From assembly GCA_002104905.1 (NCBI GenBank), contig MCFE01000220.1:59798-123797 (forward strand): a DNA stretch of 64,000 bases. Reading direction: 5' to 3'. The position numbers and the translations under genes were made by a program. The notes beneath the pieces were generated by a model that was given only the letters and a program-made list of their open reading frames with translations, made no database searches and was not told the origin of the DNA. The first letter of the stretch is position 1. Each line of letters opens with the position of its first letter. The DNA is from Basidiobolus meristosporus CBS 931.73 (Eukaryota > Fungi > Basidiobolomycota). Below, one piece after another: positions 11,283-23,687 of this stretch.

Positions 11283-12014
11283 GACTTGTTCCATTGGAGA
11301 GTGCCACATTGAGCCATGAGTGCCAAATGATGCCATAGTGTGCCAGAGAGGCCAAGAGAGCCTCTACCTGGCCACAGAGTGTGAAACATAGCTCTGCATC
11401 TTCATGCAAAGCAGCCTCTGTGTTTCACCCATTGTGTTGGAGAAAATCCATTTTTTGACCTTTTTTTTTGGATCAATGTTGTGCAGGATGTGTTAGAGCA
11501 CAAGCAGATTGAAGATATGCATCTGGTACTCAATACCCATGGCACTCTGAATCTAGCTCCTGTAGCTTGTATCATGTCACAAAAATGAATGGCACTATCT
11601 TGGTCCACTGGTATTATCTGGCACTATATTTAAATATTAGCCCTAAAGTAAGATATATACAAAGCACTTATAGTGCCAGATAATACCAGTGGACCAAGAT
11701 AGTGCCATTCATTTTTGTGACATGATACAAGCTACAGGAGCTAGATTCAGAGTACCATGGGTATTGAGTACCAGATGCATATCTTCAGCTCTCCTGTGCT
11801 TTTTCACATCCTGAGCTACATTGGTCCACAAAAAAAGGTCAAAAAATGGATTTTCTCCTGCACAATGGGTGAAACACAGGGGCTGCTTTACATGAAGATG
11901 AAGAGCTATGTTTCACACTCTGTGGCCAAGTATAGGCTCACTTGACCTCTCTGGCACACTATGGCATCATTTGGCACTCATGGCTCAATGTGGCACTATC
12001 CAACGGAACAAGTC
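11283..12014. repeat. 732-bp palindrome: 346-bp inverted arms (11283-11628, 11669-12014) and a 40-bp spacer
   Basis: Starts GACTTGTTCC and ends GGAACAAGTC; the inner ~115 bp of the arms are nearly perfect inverted copies. Confidence 0.92.
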
Positions 12015-12056
12015 TATAATACTTTTTCCCATTTGGTTTGATACACTTGCATATAT

Positions 12057-14200
12057 ATGCCACCAAAAAAGAAAGCAAAGTTGTCTGGTTCCCAGCCAAA
12101 CCCCACAGCTGATGGCAGCAGAAGAACAGTTGGACAACAGCTTGCTTTGACATTCAGTGCAACAAGCAGGGTTACATCCAAAAAAGACCATGTTAACAGT
12201 GTGCCCACTGAAGGTAATAATGCAGACTCCTCAGGCTCTCAGTCAAGTAGGCAATTGAAACGTCTGCAGAGCTGCAAGCTGACAATTATGCTCAGGCAGA
12301 TGAGAATGTAGCAAACACAGTACCCTCAGTTGAAGACCAGCAAGTAGCTCTCATAACATCACCACCACACATATTAGCAATTATGTTGTCATTGCATACC
12401 AAAGCATTAATGAAGCAATTAGGTGCAGTGGCTGGTAAGATAGATGCAATGGCCCAGAGAAATCAGGTAATAATCTAGAAACAGGATGAGCAGATAATAC
12501 ATGTAAAGCAGTCAATATCCCAGGTAGAGAAAGCTGTATCATTGCTGCAAAGAAGAAACTCTAGTTGCTCAATGCCACAGCCATGAAATGAGCCATTTCC
12601 CAATGTAACAGCAGAGGAACACTGTACAGTTTTTAAGCACAACAACAGTGCCCAAAGATGAAGACCACAGAAAAGCCTATCACAGCATGGGAGTAAGACA
12701 ATGTGGTGTTTGTACCAAAGCCTAAAAATCAAAAGACATTGAAGATCCATGAAGCCATTGAGTGCAATAATGAAGAGTGGGCTAACATCAAGAGGCCGGC
12801 AGAAGTCTAGCATGCCATCACCTTAAGGCCTGCATGCCATACAATCATCAGGAACTTAAGGTCAAGCAGAATGCACTTGACTTGTTCCATGACCATTATC
12901 CTGGATTCAAATGGGTAAATGGATTTTGGGCAAGCATTGGTATGCTAAGAAAGTATCTTAGGAATAGAAGATACTATCATAGGCAGAAGAACAATGGTGC
13001 CATAGCTAAAAACCATCATCTTCCTCAAGGGCCCATTACAAGCAGGGCCAAAAGCTCCAGACAAGTGTCAAAGAGATGTCAGGTGGCCAGAAGAGTGCCC
13101 ATTAGGGACAAGCAGGCAGACATAGATGCACCAGTCCAACATTTATCAAGGAAAAGTGTAGTACCACTCAAGAAGCACTCAGTCAAAGTAGCTGTGATGG
13201 ACCTGGCAGTGACAGAAACCAGAGGCTTTTACAGGAGCCCATCATAACTATGGTGATGAGCTCAAAACAGGTGGAAAAGAATTGTCAGGTTGCCAGGAGA
13301 GTGCCAGCAAGTGACAGGCAGGCCAAAACAGATGTGTCAGAGCAGAACCTATCAAGGAGAAAATGTAGATCATTACAAGAAGCACTCAGACATAGTAGCA
13401 GTCAAAGACCTGGCAGTGATAAAGGAAAAGGTAAAGGGAAAAATGCCTACCCAGGCCTAAGACATGGAGGCATGCAAAAAAAACCACAGCTCTTGCCAAT
13501 TAACACCGCAATCCCAGAACAGACTGAATACTATCATAGCCAAGAAGAATTACCAACAAGAAAACAGTTGTTTTCACAAGAGTTGGAAGCACATTCAGTT
13601 GAGCTACACTCCAGCAAGGTAGATGACTTTGCAGAAAAAGGCAATATGTCTAACACAGCCTCCATTTCCTCTGTTATTGTGAGAGTAGAGATCTCACTGA
13701 CAGACAAGGCATAACATCAAGAACTCAAAAGACTATCACAATGCCTTCAGTGGTATTTTGAAACATTAATAGGCACACCAAGAGGTTGCAGCACTTCTTC
13801 AAGAGCAGTGCTCAAGAAAACACACCTGAAAGTTGCAGGGATCTATTGCAAAGACTGGCAGATGAGGTTCTAGACCTTGTAGTGCTGGCTGAATACCAGG
13901 ATGTATGGGAACCAATGAATGAACAGTGGCATAAAGCTGTTTGGTTTCTGCCAAAGTTGTGAGACCAGAGTGTTACAGCAGAAATATTTAATGAGTGGTG
14001 TGTTTAATGGAGCTACTTGTTGAGTGTGGGGTTAGGCTTAATGTTAGTGTAGGGTATAGGGACTTGTATAGGTCCATACAATTGGGAATTGAGGTACAAC
14101 TGAAGTTTCAACAGAAACAAATCAGTTTGTATGCATGAAAAGTAAGAGAAACAGTTGAGTCAGGAGGTAAGGGGTGTGAAAAGTGGCAATAGCTAAGCAA
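12057..14200 (+). pseudogene. Degraded second ORF (ORF2) of the DNA transposon; function unknown
   Basis: Begins MPPKKKAK (NLS-like). Block HHLKACMPYNHQELKVKQNALDLFHDHYPGFKWVNGFWASIGMLRKYLRNRRYY recurs at ~29350-29560 (-), ~47500-47690 and ~56530-56720. Confidence 0.6.
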
Positions 14201-14855
14201 TGCACACAAACATAGGAGGTGATAGAGTGTCCAGGATCAGAAAGTGAGTAAGTTGGCTAGGAATCAGTCCATAGCCACTCATATATTGTTGTAATTAAAG
14301 ATTTTGACTATGTGTTTTGTGAAATCTGGGGTGCTATTATTTCTCAATGGTCACTGGACAGTGTCCTGATGGGATTAGTGCCTCTTAGTCATGGGACTTC
14401 AAATTTGTGAAGGCCTTTGACAAGATCATTATAATATTTTTTCATAGGGCATTATTTACTGTAAAAGTGCAATTTCATGGAAAGCTATTAGCTGTAGCAA
14501 TTTCTACCACAGAGGCGGAGTATATGGCAGCCTGTGATGTTACTCAAAGAGTATTGTGGTTAAGAAAGCTCTCTAAAGATTTAGGCTAATGCCAAAATAT
14601 GCCCATTACCTTATTTCAAGATAATCAAGATGTATTCAAAGAGGTAAAAGTCTAGCTCTCAATGCTAAAGCAAAGCACCTAGATATTAGACATCACTTGA
14701 TATGTGAAGCTATAGAGAATAACTTGGTTAACTTAGTTTGCTGTCTTACATGTGTAATAATTGCAGACACATATGCCAAGCCATTAGCTAGAGGCATATA
14801 TCTTAGGACAAGATTAGGGCCAGTCAGTATGATCATTTACTTGACTATAGGTGTT

Positions 14856-17800
14856 TGTTGTGCATCAACATTTGAAACTTAGCCTATTTTACTCTGTTAG
14901 AAATCTAGTACCCTAACTGATTCTCCCTGATCCAATCATAACTAATCCCAGTTATAGTTGATTTTTTCACTTCTGAGAATCTATTTTTAGCTGTCACACC
15001 TTATCAATTCTCATGTGGTCAATATGTCCTCAACTAATTTGCTAAGCCTTTCCAAGTGGTTAGTCATCTGAGAACTATCTAACTACTTAGCAGTTACCAA
15101 AACATTAGCTGACTAATGATGCAACTTTTCACTTATCCTATGTACTTATTAACACCCCAACAGACTTTAATTAGTCTGGTCTCTTGGTGATTACTAATTT
15201 AACTTGATCAGAAAAGTATAAATAAAGTTCACTGATACTTTTGGCTTAGTGTGTGTCTCAACAAAATTATGATTGTGTCTCAGCAAAATGAAGAACCCAA
15301 CAATTATAATCTAGTTTCTATCTAAGCCTAGCATATCAAGCATTCCCACAAACACCAAGCCTAGCCTGCATAGTAAACCTACCCTGTTGCATGTGTAGCC
15401 AAAACATGCTATATACAAGACCAATATTAGACCAGAACGTCTCTGCAAATATTTCTGCCACTCTCTGACAACTCTAAGAATCTGCACTTAGTTGTCACTT
15501 TGGTTCAGTTAAACCATTCAAGAGCTTTATTACACTTTTCTCTTGAATACACGGTTTTTTTTGTTGCATTCCATTACATTGAGCCACTTGACAAGATGTC
15601 CTCAGCAGTAAGCCATCCAAATCTCTCTATGTTGGAAGAAGCTCAAAGAAATCCTGAAAGAAACACCTTGATGCTTAAGTACTCAAATCTTGCCCAGATA
15701 AGATCTGACAATCATTGTAGAGATGACTCCTTCAAGTTATATCTGGCTACTATGAATTGTACTAAGATCCTTGCCTCTTTATGCTGAAGGAGTCAATGCA
15801 ATTAAGAATCCTAATGAGTTTCTTTACAAGTTTAGTCACATATTAGCTGCACACCAGCTAGAACCTGACACCAATTGGGCTAAACTTCTGCCTCTCTGTC
15901 TCACCATGCAGGATGCTGACCAGGTCAAAGTTAACATTCCTTCCAATATTGAATGGAAAGTTGCCCAAATCTACTTTGACGGCCATTTTGAAGATCCCTT
16001 CAAGAAAGCACATCAGAACTGAAACTTATGGGAAACTAAGATGCAAAAAGGTGAATCTGTGCAACACTTTGGTGATAGATCCCAAAGACAAGTTAGATTG
16101 GCAGGAGTTAGTGATGATATTTCATTGCTTACTTTGGATTTTCTCTGAAACTTTTCACACCAGCTACAGAGCAATATTGCTATTGTCAAAGCATACAACC
16201 CTGCATGTATTTATGACAAGATCCCAGAGATATGTATACTTGCCATCACCATGACTGCAGCTTTAGCCTGGCTTCAGGCACTCCACTCAAGATGCAGCAA
16301 TAACCAGGAAAGAATACAGTTATGTAACCAAGAAGAAGTCAACTGCTACCAAGCATTGTGAACTTTGTGAAAGATGCTATCATTCTACCAGGGAATGCAA
16401 AGGCATCACCAAGCAGTCAAACAAGTCAGGAAACGCCTCAGAAAAGCAGCAAAACACCAAAATTAATAATAAATATGCTGATGACAAATGCTTTAAATGC
16501 AGAAAGATAGTATATAGATCACCTATCTGTCCTGAGAAGAACTCTACACTACTGGTAAAAATTACTCAGATCCTTGATCATGATTCAACTAGTGATATCA
16601 AAGGGTATGAGGAAGCATATGAAGAACTCACAGTTTAAGATTATCACAACCTCATTGAATTTCTGGCTAAAATTGCAACTATTCAAGAAGAGAAGTACCC
16701 AATCATGCAGCTAAAAGCCAAAGTGGTGCCACTCAAACTCAACAGCTATTCATATATGACACTTCTGGATACTGGGTCATCCAACTCTATTGTATAACCT
16801 AATGTAGTTAAAGAACTCAAATTGGAAATATAAAGGCAACCAGGAAAAATCACACTTGCAGCTAAGGATCTCTCAGCCCCAAGAGTTGGTATCACCAATA
16901 CCATCAGCACACATGATGGTTCAACAGCTATATTTCACCCAATGGAAGTTATTAACATTCCAGATGGACTTCAGGTAGTCATTGGTCTAGACACCTTCAC
17001 CAAACTTGGTTATCACACAGGCAGACAACCAGCTTCCTATCCTGGAAACACTAAACCTCAGCCACCCAAAATAGATCAGATTCCAGAAGTTATCTTACCC
17101 CAACTGGAAGGGGAGGAGTCAACCCAAAATTTTAGGCATATTCTCAATCAGTCATATTGGATATTCAGCCAGCCATAGAGAGAAACCAAGCCATTCCAAC
17201 AAACAGTTTCTGCACAATTCCAAAATCTATTGTTACTCTAGAAACACCACCTGGTGAGTCACCCTAACTGCTTCCACAAGCACCCACCTTAACCTACCCA
17301 GCCTTTACCAAGCCCTTAGTTGTTACTACAGATGCATCTAATGTTGGGTTAGGAGCCATCCTATACCTGGATGAAAATCAAAATCTGCCTCACTGGACCT
17401 CTTTTCAAGCCAGATCCCCACAAGCTACTGAGAGAAACTACTATGCCATCAAGGAGCTACTTGTCATTGTCTTTACCTTGAAGAAGCTTCACCAGTTTCA
17501 ATGGAGTAACCCTTTTACCTTGTACACAGACCACCAAGGCCTTCTATATATCCACACTCAAAAGACCTTGACTCCAATGCTGTCCAACTGGCTTGATATC
17601 CTGCTTGAGTATAGATATCAAGTTGTTCATTGCCAAGGAATTCTCAACATCCTGCCTGACCACCTTTCAAGACTTTTCACAAACTCTGCCTGGGAGGGAC
17701 ATGTGATTACTAACAAAATCAGTGAGCTCACTTCAACTTCCAAAATAATTCCTCAACTGGATTCAGCAACTTAGAAAACTCCACATGCTAATGAAAGGGA

Positions 17801-19517
17801 AACATTAATGGAGAGGAGTCACTTGCTTCACCACTTTGAAGCTGACACACATATGAAGAAGATACACGTTGATGGATATCACTAGACAAATATCAAAGCT
17901 GACTGCCTAGAATTTGTCATGCTTTGTAGCAAATGTCAACTTTACAATATCAGCAGTCATGGATATGATCCTTTGAGTCCCATCTACACAAGCCCTACTA
18001 TGGATCATGTTGCAATTGATATAGCTGAACACTTCATCACTAGTGATGATGGTAATTATTACCTCATTGTAATTGTGGATGTCTGCAAAAATTTTGTCTT
18101 GCTCAAAGTTATCCCAGGCAAGTATGCTGCCACTGTTGCAAAAGTGCTATTCAAGCTCTTTTGCCTTTTTGGATTCCCTAAGGTCATTCAGTTGGATAAT
18201 GGAGCAGAATTTGTAAGTCATGTGATCAAAGTCCTTTGCCAGAATAGAACCATTGATCACTGTCTGATCCCTCCATATTATCCCAAAGCTAATGGACTTG
18301 CTGAAAGATATGTTAAGACCTCAGTGAACATCATCAAAAAATCTAGCAAAGGTATCAAGAAACATTGAGACAAGTACATTCCCACTCTATAGTATGCTAC
18401 CAGCACCTAAATTGCTGCTCTACATGGATCAATGCCATTTTCTTTAATGTTTGGAAGATACAACCGCTTTGGAGACTACCAGAATACTGAATTAGCAAGT
18501 TTGAATACAGACAAGCTAAAGAACAGATCTGAGTACCTTATCAACATTGTCAACCATGCTATCAGCACCAGAAGTAAAGCCTCACAGCAAAAGATGACTT
18601 TGACATACACCTCAAGACACAGGAATATTAGCTTCCCCAATGAGTTGCATGTTATAATATTAGATCCAATCCAGCAATCTGAGCTTGACCCCAAATATGA
18701 AGGCTCATGCAAAGTTGTCAGATATACCACTGGAGGATCTTATGTACTCAGGACAATACTGGGGCACTGCTACCCAAGAACATTCCACCTTCTTCACTCA
18801 AGCTTATATCTCAAGACCCAGTTACTTCTGAATCCTATGAAGTTGAAACTATTGCAAACTATGATGGAGAAGAATCATATTGTCTTTATTAAGTCAAGTG
18901 AAAAGAATAAGATGCCAAACACAACACCTGGGAACCTTACACCAACTTTGAGGATGTAGCCATCATTGATCAGTAATGGAGCCACAGGGAAACCCATAAG
19001 GTAATGGGAAACTCTTCTTCTGGGAGGAAGTGACGTTGTGCATCAACGTTTCAAACTTAGCCTATTCTACTTTGTTAGAAAACCTAGTACCCTAAATGAT
19101 TTTCCCTAGCCCAAACATAATTAATCCTAGTTGTGGATTATTTTATTACTTCTCAGAATCTATTTTTAGCTGTCACACCTAATCAATTCTTATGTAGTCA
19201 ATATGTCCTCAATTGATTTGCTAAGCCTTTCCAAGTGATTAGTCATCTGGGAACTAACTAACCACTTAACAGTTGCCAAGACATCAGCTGATTAATGATG
19301 CAATTTCTCATTCATCCTACATACCTATCACCAACCCAACAGATTTCAGTTAGTCCAGTCTCTTGGTGGTTACTAATTCAACTTGATAAGAAAAGTATAA
19401 ATAAAGCTTACTGAACCTTTGGGTTTAGTGTGTGACTCAACAAATTAGGATTATGTCTCAGCAAATTAAGAACTCAACAATTACATTCTAGATTCTACCC
19501 ATGCCTAGCACATAACA
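14856..19517 (+). mobile_element. Decayed chromovirus-type Ty3/gypsy element (family D); LTRs ~14856-15338 and ~19034-19517
   Basis: Two diverged ~480-bp direct repeats; gag with CFKC knuckle relic, protease LLDTGSS, RNase H TTDASNVGLGAIL, integrase HVAID...QLDNGAEF...PKANGLAER and chromodomain relic SYEVETIAN...NTWEPYTNF (~18830-18990). RT core is missing and flanks show no TSD. Confidence 0.75.
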
Positions 19518-19519
19518 AG

Positions 19520-20900
19520 GTACAAGTCTATTGGTTCAGTTGAAAGATAGATAGCAACACTAGAGGCAAACAAATACTTGCAAACCAAGGGACTTGAATA
19601 TGCTGAGACCTTTGCACAGGTAGCTGAGCTTATTTCTGTCTGACTATCATTGACAATTACAGGAAAATATAAGCTTTTTATACATCAGATTGATGTAAAA
19701 GCTGCATTTGTTAATGGACTACTTAATGGTATTAAATACATTGACCGGTCAGATGGGCTTGAAGACTAAGATAACCCTTGTTTTGTCAGCAGGCTCAAGA
19801 ATCTTTGTATGGTCTAATGAATCATCAAGAGCTGGAATTGGCAGAATATATTTTATTTGGAGTCTGATAACTCACAGAGAAATACTGCTGACTATAGTAT
19901 CTCCCATTGACTGGCTTTAGCAGCTCTGTATGTAATTACTCATATCTTAGCCCGCAATACCCAAAAAACCTTGGAAGAAACTAATTCCAGCTTATCAGAG
20001 GAGTTTAGATATTCAATCTAGGAGAATTCAGTAACTGCTTAGTGATATAGTAAATTTTTAACAGATCAAAGATGCCGGGTAGTCCAATATTTTAACATGA
20101 ATGCTCCATTTTAGTCAAGATCAAATCAGTATACTCACCAAGCATTATATAGTAGTCCTAACATAGTCACAGAGTACTACTGATGATTGAGAAACTCTCC
20201 TAACTCAGTATCAAATTTGTATTTCCTCCACAAAGATATAATTACTATGCCCCCTTATAAGTGCACAATAGTTTTACTATTGCAAATATATACTGATAAG
20301 CTCCTTGTATCCAAAACATTTCTTAAGCTGCAAAAGAGCATTGGCAAAGAGTAACTCTAGCCTTTGAATGGACTCAAAATAGTACAATCTAGGAATACTC
20401 AGTTACAAATTAGGGATAATGCTACCCATAGACAGGAGTACACCAGCTCCTATTATCACACAGTCCAAGTATATTTAGGATTTATAAGAAGTTACCAAAT
20501 GTAAAAATGTACACCAGCAGCTACCCCAATGGAAACAAACCACAACACAGTCAAACTTAGCTAATTCTGATATCACAACAGGCATATTACAAAGATAAGG
20601 TGTCATCATGGGCATATTGGTGCTCACTGTTTTCCAACTTTTCCTGGCTGTACCCATGTGGCAGCCTGTCACATCCAGGACTGAGATGATAGTAATATTT
20701 CCAATGAGATTGGGAAATGAAATTAACTATGACTTGACTTGACTATGAATCTCCCTACACATTAGCATGATAGGAAGCTCCCTATATGGATGCAAGATCC
20801 AATATTCCCCACATATCAGGCAAGGTGGAGTAGTGAATAGACAAAGTAGCAGCAGAGATATACATGCTCAGCTTTATGCTTGTAACAAAGTGGCTAAAGT
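19520..20900 (+). pseudogene. Heavily degraded copia reverse transcriptase relic
   Basis: Remnants resembling GLEYAETFAQVA, HQIDVKAAFVNG, CTPAATPMETN and SMIGSSLY. Confidence 0.6.
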
Positions 20901-21287
20901 CCCACCACAAACTCCTTGCACATCAACTATAGAAGTATTGAATTGGCATTGGTGATCTGCTACTGAACAAATATTACTGTCTGTTAACATATGAGATCCA
21001 ATGCTTCCAATGTACTCTATTCTGTAGTGGCCTCAGAAGCCCACTTGAATAAATGCAAGTTCAGTTCAACCAATCCTCCTGTTGTGAATATTGCATATGA
21101 GTACAAAACTAATCAGAGCTTGCAACAGGCATAGTTTGTAGAGGATACTTGCAATATTTTGCCAATCCATTCAAATTTTTATGTTATTGTATAGGCCTCA
21201 TTTATGCATTTGGCCCAGATATTAACAAGGCAACCTTTTAGTTTTGGCTATTAGACTTTAGGATTTGTGGTAGATTCAGGTTGTGTA

Positions 21288-21654
21288 TGTCACAAGTCTT
21301 AATATAAGAGATATAGTGGAATAAGGAGTTTAGCTAGTATTGGATTCACTGAAGCTTGAACTGATTTTTATTAAGGCTCCAGCAGCTCCTTATATACATT
21401 TTGCTAGCTCAATTGCTGCCTAATTGTATTTCCTAATGTGGGTTATGGCTGATGACTCATTTGATTACTTCACCATCACTCAAATAGATCTTGCTTAGTA
21501 TATCTATTCCTGCCTGACAAGACTCAGCTGATTCATCTGCTGACTAATATCCTGACTTTATAGATAATTCTGATGTACTGGCAGGCTACGCAAAAAACTG
21601 ATTGATTTGACTAAAAACTGATCTAACTTTGACATTCAGTATTAGGCTATAACA
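21288..21654 (-). repeat. Old solo LTR, family B
   Basis: Reverse, diverged homolog of the 368-bp B LTR; flanks TGTA/TATA are an imperfect TSD. Confidence 0.75.
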
Positions 21655-21983
21655 TATAAATATGCACCTTCAGTAATCACTATGTAAAATAAATGTGATG
21701 ATTCTGTCAAAAGCTATGACAAAGTTTAAATGGTTGATCCAAATCAGACACTGAGAAACTGGTTGAAAAAATGGCACCTCAGATTTCATTGAAGATTGAG
21801 TCAAAACCTTTGTTCATTACAATGCATAAGAGGTGTTTGGTAGCATATCTGCCAATTCTCTAACTTTTTGATCCCAGACACTAAATCACCTATTCCACTT
21901 TTGTATGTTTATTAGCTATTGCCCATCTTTCACACTTCCTACTTCTTTATTCAGCTCATGCTCTTACTTCTTGTGTATACTAA

Positions 21984-22690
21984 TGTTGGAATAATTAGAG
22001 GTCCACCTAGTAACTAACATTTCTTGAACTAGTGCTTGATAAGATGATGTATTTCAGAATGATAACTATGAGTGCTATTTTGGAGGTGATTTGGAGAATC
22101 AAAGATTGATGATATTGACTTGTTGTTTCCTTGATTTACAACACAATATTTATGCTTATTGCAGAGCTACATAAATGTGCTAGTTTAGTCATTATTAGGG
22201 GAGACTGAGGAGTACAAGTGCCAAGTTCCAGTTGTAAAAATTTGTAATTCCACCTAAATACTCACCTAATTTAGTCACTTAGTTCATTACCTTCAAACTA
22301 TAGAGAATATTGACCAAATTTCTTGTTGGGATTTACTTGGAATACTTTGAGAATATTCATGTTCTGAGAACCTGATATTTTGGTGAAAGTTGTCCAAGCA
22401 GCCCCAAACCTTGCCCAAATGCTCTTGGGACTTTTGTAAATCAACTTAATGTGTTTTCTATGCCAAGACCTTGCAAAAGTATAAACACTACTTTTACATT
22501 CAATAAGTTATAAGTGAAACCACATAATCTGCTTGTTCTTGCAATCACTTCCAATATCTCCAAGACTCTTACAGCTGTTCCAGCTCATTTGGACAAGTTA
22601 CAGGTTTTCCAAATATTCAGTACTTCACTAATTTCTAAAGATTAGCAAATATCATATGCACTAACATCTAATAATTTAGCCACCAACTTG
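21984..22690. repeat. Family F LTR relic with an apparent internal inversion, interrupted by an A-family LTR
   Basis: 21984-~22065 matches the start of 30599-30947 forward; ~22070-22690 matches the rest of it in reverse. Confidence 0.5.
22230..22576 (+). repeat. Solo LTR, family A, with atypical AG...CT ends
   Basis: Homologous to 4089-4435; flanked by GTTCC(A) on both sides. Confidence 0.8.
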
Positions 22691-22881
22691 TTTATTCCTG
22701 TTCAGTTTTCATATGACCTTAACTACTAGTTGTACTGGCTTAGGCAAGTGTCTATACCCAGCACTAACCTTGAGCTCAACTCACACTAATCTAGTAACTC
22801 CTCTAAAGTTCACCATTCAATAGCTTTCTCTTCTGGAATACCATTTCTCCATTCCCATAGCAGGAACCTTACAGCTTTAAG

Positions 22882-23306
22882 CGTTATGATCTTCTGCTTG
22901 AATGTTCAAGTAAGATCACTTAATAGTCAAATCAGTTAGTTTTATGATTAGCCTATTAGTATATCAGGATTATATATCAGAACTGCAGTATTAGTCAACA
23001 GATGAATCAGTAAGTTCCTGTCAAACAGAAATAGATATATCAAGTGATATCTAATTTGATGATGATGGTGCAATCAAATGAATTGTCAGCTATGACCTAC
23101 TTCAGAGAGCACAATGAGTCAGTAATTGATTGGGCCAAAAGGTATATAAGGAGCTGCTGGAACATCAACAAAGATCACCTCAGTTTTTCACATACAATAT
23201 TAGCTAAACTCTCTATTCCTTTATAACTCTTATATTGAAGCTTGTAAAATTGGTAGCAGCAATAACCATAAACCTCTCTCCTAAAGAAAGAAGAAGCCTC
23301 CCTCAA
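22882..23306 (+). mobile_element. Old family B element: 5' LTR (22882-23249), PBS and leader; gag resumes at 39543-39710
   Basis: TGGTAGCAGC PBS follows the LTR. The leader ends ...CCCTCAA at 23306 and continues CAAAATGTCA...MQQ at 39543, matching CCCTCAAGATGTCGG in intact copies. Confidence 0.75.
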
Positions 23307-23687
23307 CCCTATAAAAAATTATTGTGATGATCCCCTCAAACAGCCATCACAAATTCCAAGTCTCATGAATAAGAAGTATTGATCCCATTAGGACACTGTG
23401 CAAAGACTGTCAAATAATAATTGCACCCCAACTTTCACAAAAAGCCTTGTCAAAATCTTTCATCACAATGATATAAAAGTGGCTTTTAATTGGTGTGCTG
23501 TCAATTTCCTCACTTTCTGATCTTGGTTGCTCTAACACCTCCAACATTTGTGTGCATTCATTGGCTATTGCCTCTTCTACACACTCCTTACTTCCAGACT
23601 CAACTGTTTCTCTTACTACTGATGCATACAAATTAGTTTGTTTCTGTTGAAACTTCAGTTGTACCTCAATTGTCAATTGTATTGACC

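Larger units (their letters stand above)
8676..14449. mobile_element. Tnp2/CACTA-type DNA transposon, copy 1, with 12-bp TIRs CCCTATGAAAAA and 4-bp TSD CATT
   Basis: TIRs at 8676-8687 and 14438-14449; CATT at 8672-8675 and 14450-14453. Removing the element and one CATT restores the copia RNase H frame (STTGYTI-IYCKSAISWK). Confidence 0.82.
4089..14850 (+). mobile_element. Decayed Ty1/copia element (family A), split by nested insertions; 3' LTR not found
   Basis: 5' LTR, PBS, gag-PR-IN, RT relics at ~6750-6940 and ~7790-8675, then an RNase H half resuming at 14450 (SAISWK...AVAISTTEAEYMAA...HLICEAIENNLV). Confidence 0.75.

Noticed and set aside
11198-12150. Recurrent short ORFs beginning MFHTLWPS (also 53792-54037 and 55943-56143)
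   Set aside because: They are translations of the palindrome arm with unrelated tails; no evidence of a protein.
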